Positions 63,061 through 64,000 of a stretch of 64,000 nucleotides of DNA are shown here, in pieces. A program made the position numbers and the translations under genes. The notes below the pieces were generated by a model. That model was given only the letters and a program-made list of their open reading frames with translations, ran no database searches and was not told where the DNA came from. This stretch comes from a virus. How positions within the stretch are numbered: the stretch's first letter is position 1; each line of letters begins with the position of its first letter. The stretch is from the IMG/VR virus record IMGVR_UViG_3300027782_000032, positions 32,001 to 96,000 of that record; one strand, written 5' to 3'.

Positions 63061-64000
63061 TTAACAGTTCCATTTACGTAGTGCTTTGTTAATTCGGCTA
63101 TCTGGATCATTTGCTGTTTCTTCAGAGGTAAGCTTAGACTTCATGCCACCCATTCGAGCGCAGAAGCTGTCTTTACGAGCTCCGCCTTCTGGCTGAGGTC
63201 TTTTTATGTCCTGACCCTTAGCTTTTAAGCTAGCCCTTCCTTTCTCGTTTAGGCCTCCGTCTGGGTTCTTGCCTTCTGAAGTCTGCCAAGCTTCTGAGGC
63301 CTTCTTCTCTGATTCTTTCTTCTTCTTACCTACAGGACGGCAAGAGCCTTCAGTTAACGCCGCTGTGCCAGGTACACGCTCGTAGCCTGTCCAGCACGCC
63401 GCAGACTTTAGAGTGTCTGCTGCTTTTTTGGCAGTCATAGGAGTGGTCGGCGCAGCCTTAATCTGAGACGAGAATGCGGGGTACACAGAGTCTTCAAATA
63501 CGTCCTCATTTCCGATAGGGCTGTCGCCTTCTTGTTTGTACCTATCTGGATACCACTTTGGTAGTAAGTGTGAGGCAAGCATAGCCCTACCCATTGCCGT
63601 GGACGTAAGCTCGCTTTCTTCGTTCTCTGCCATATCTTTCATTACAGAAAACAAATGATCATAGTCTTTTTCTGGTGATGAGAATAACCTAGTTAAAAGC
63701 CTAGGCTCCATCGTTCTCTCGGCATCTAGCCTCATCTCAGTGACGCCGTTGTGAGGACCCCATTGAGACTTAATACCTACAGGCTGATCTAGTTTCTTCC
63801 AGAATATGCCTGCCTGCTTACCCATGGCCGAACCAAACTCTGCTGCTTTTTCTAATTTATTCGTATCAATCGCTCCTGTGTTAGGTTTAATGTTTTGAGG
63901 TTCATCGTTACCGTACTCTTCGTCAAATTCTTTTTGAAGCTTAGCTGCCTGTACAGCTCCATACGCTCTGCCAGCAATAATACCAGCAAGAGGATTAGCT
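63061..64000 (-). CDS. Mosaic virion-type protein (5' end outside window); C-terminal DUF6321-like segment
   Basis: Frame is open upstream of ATG 63825 to the window edge; internal NKLEKAAEFGSAMGKQA; C-terminus ...RKDSFCARM...DPDSRINKALRKWNC. Confidence 0.65.
   Translation of the reverse strand, partial: ANPLAGIIAGRAYGAVQAAKLQKEFDEEYGNDEPQNIKPNTGAIDTNKLEKAAEFGSAMGKQAGIFWKKLDQPVGIKSQWGPHNGVTEMRLDAERTMEPRLLTRLFSSPEKDYDHLFSVMKDMAENEESELTSTAMGRAMLASHLLPKWYPDRYKQEGDSPIGNEDVFEDSVYPAFSSQIKAAPTTPMTAKKAADTLKSAACWTGYERVPGTAALTEGSCRPVGKKKKESEKKASEAWQTSEGKNPDGGLNEKGRASLKAKGQDIKRPQPEGGARKDSFCARMGGMKSKLTSEETANDPDSRINKALRKWNC

Noticed and set aside
1-64000. Alternative genetic code (TAG/TGA recoding)
   Set aside because: Long intact ORFs under the standard code; TAG ends genes directly before SDs.
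1-64000. tRNA or rRNA genes
   Set aside because: No cloverleaf with a T-loop GTTCRA and matching acceptor stem found in the intergenic gaps by eye; a tRNAscan run would be definitive.

Overview
64 kb of a large tailed-phage (jumbo myovirus-like) genome; nearly all genes are on the minus strand. Left part (1-25 kb): contractile tail, neck and head module (tape-measure N-terminus, central spike, two tail-tube paralogs, sheath, neck proteins, major capsid protein, scaffold, prohead protease). Middle (25-40 kb): a two-gene multisubunit RNA polymerase (beta fused to the N-half of beta', plus a separate beta' C-half) with no cysteines and no zinc sites, next to a poxvirus D6/D11-like SF2 helicase and several glycine-zipper proteins. 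I infer this is a virion-packaged transcription/ejection set. Right part: class II ribonucleotide reductase, three promoter-ORF-terminator mini-cassettes, two glycan-tailoring clusters, PhoH, and an array of seven otherwise dissimilar proteins with Lys-rich C-tails (five ending KLKK(K)NR) around a C39 peptidase. The last three genes share an N-terminal leader motif. The strongest unexplained signal is the palindrome GTGGAGACGTCTCCAC. It occurs nine times (0-1 mismatch) at near-regular 5.5-8.7 kb intervals across the whole window, mostly inside coding sequence. All assignments are from motif recognition by eye; no database search was run.
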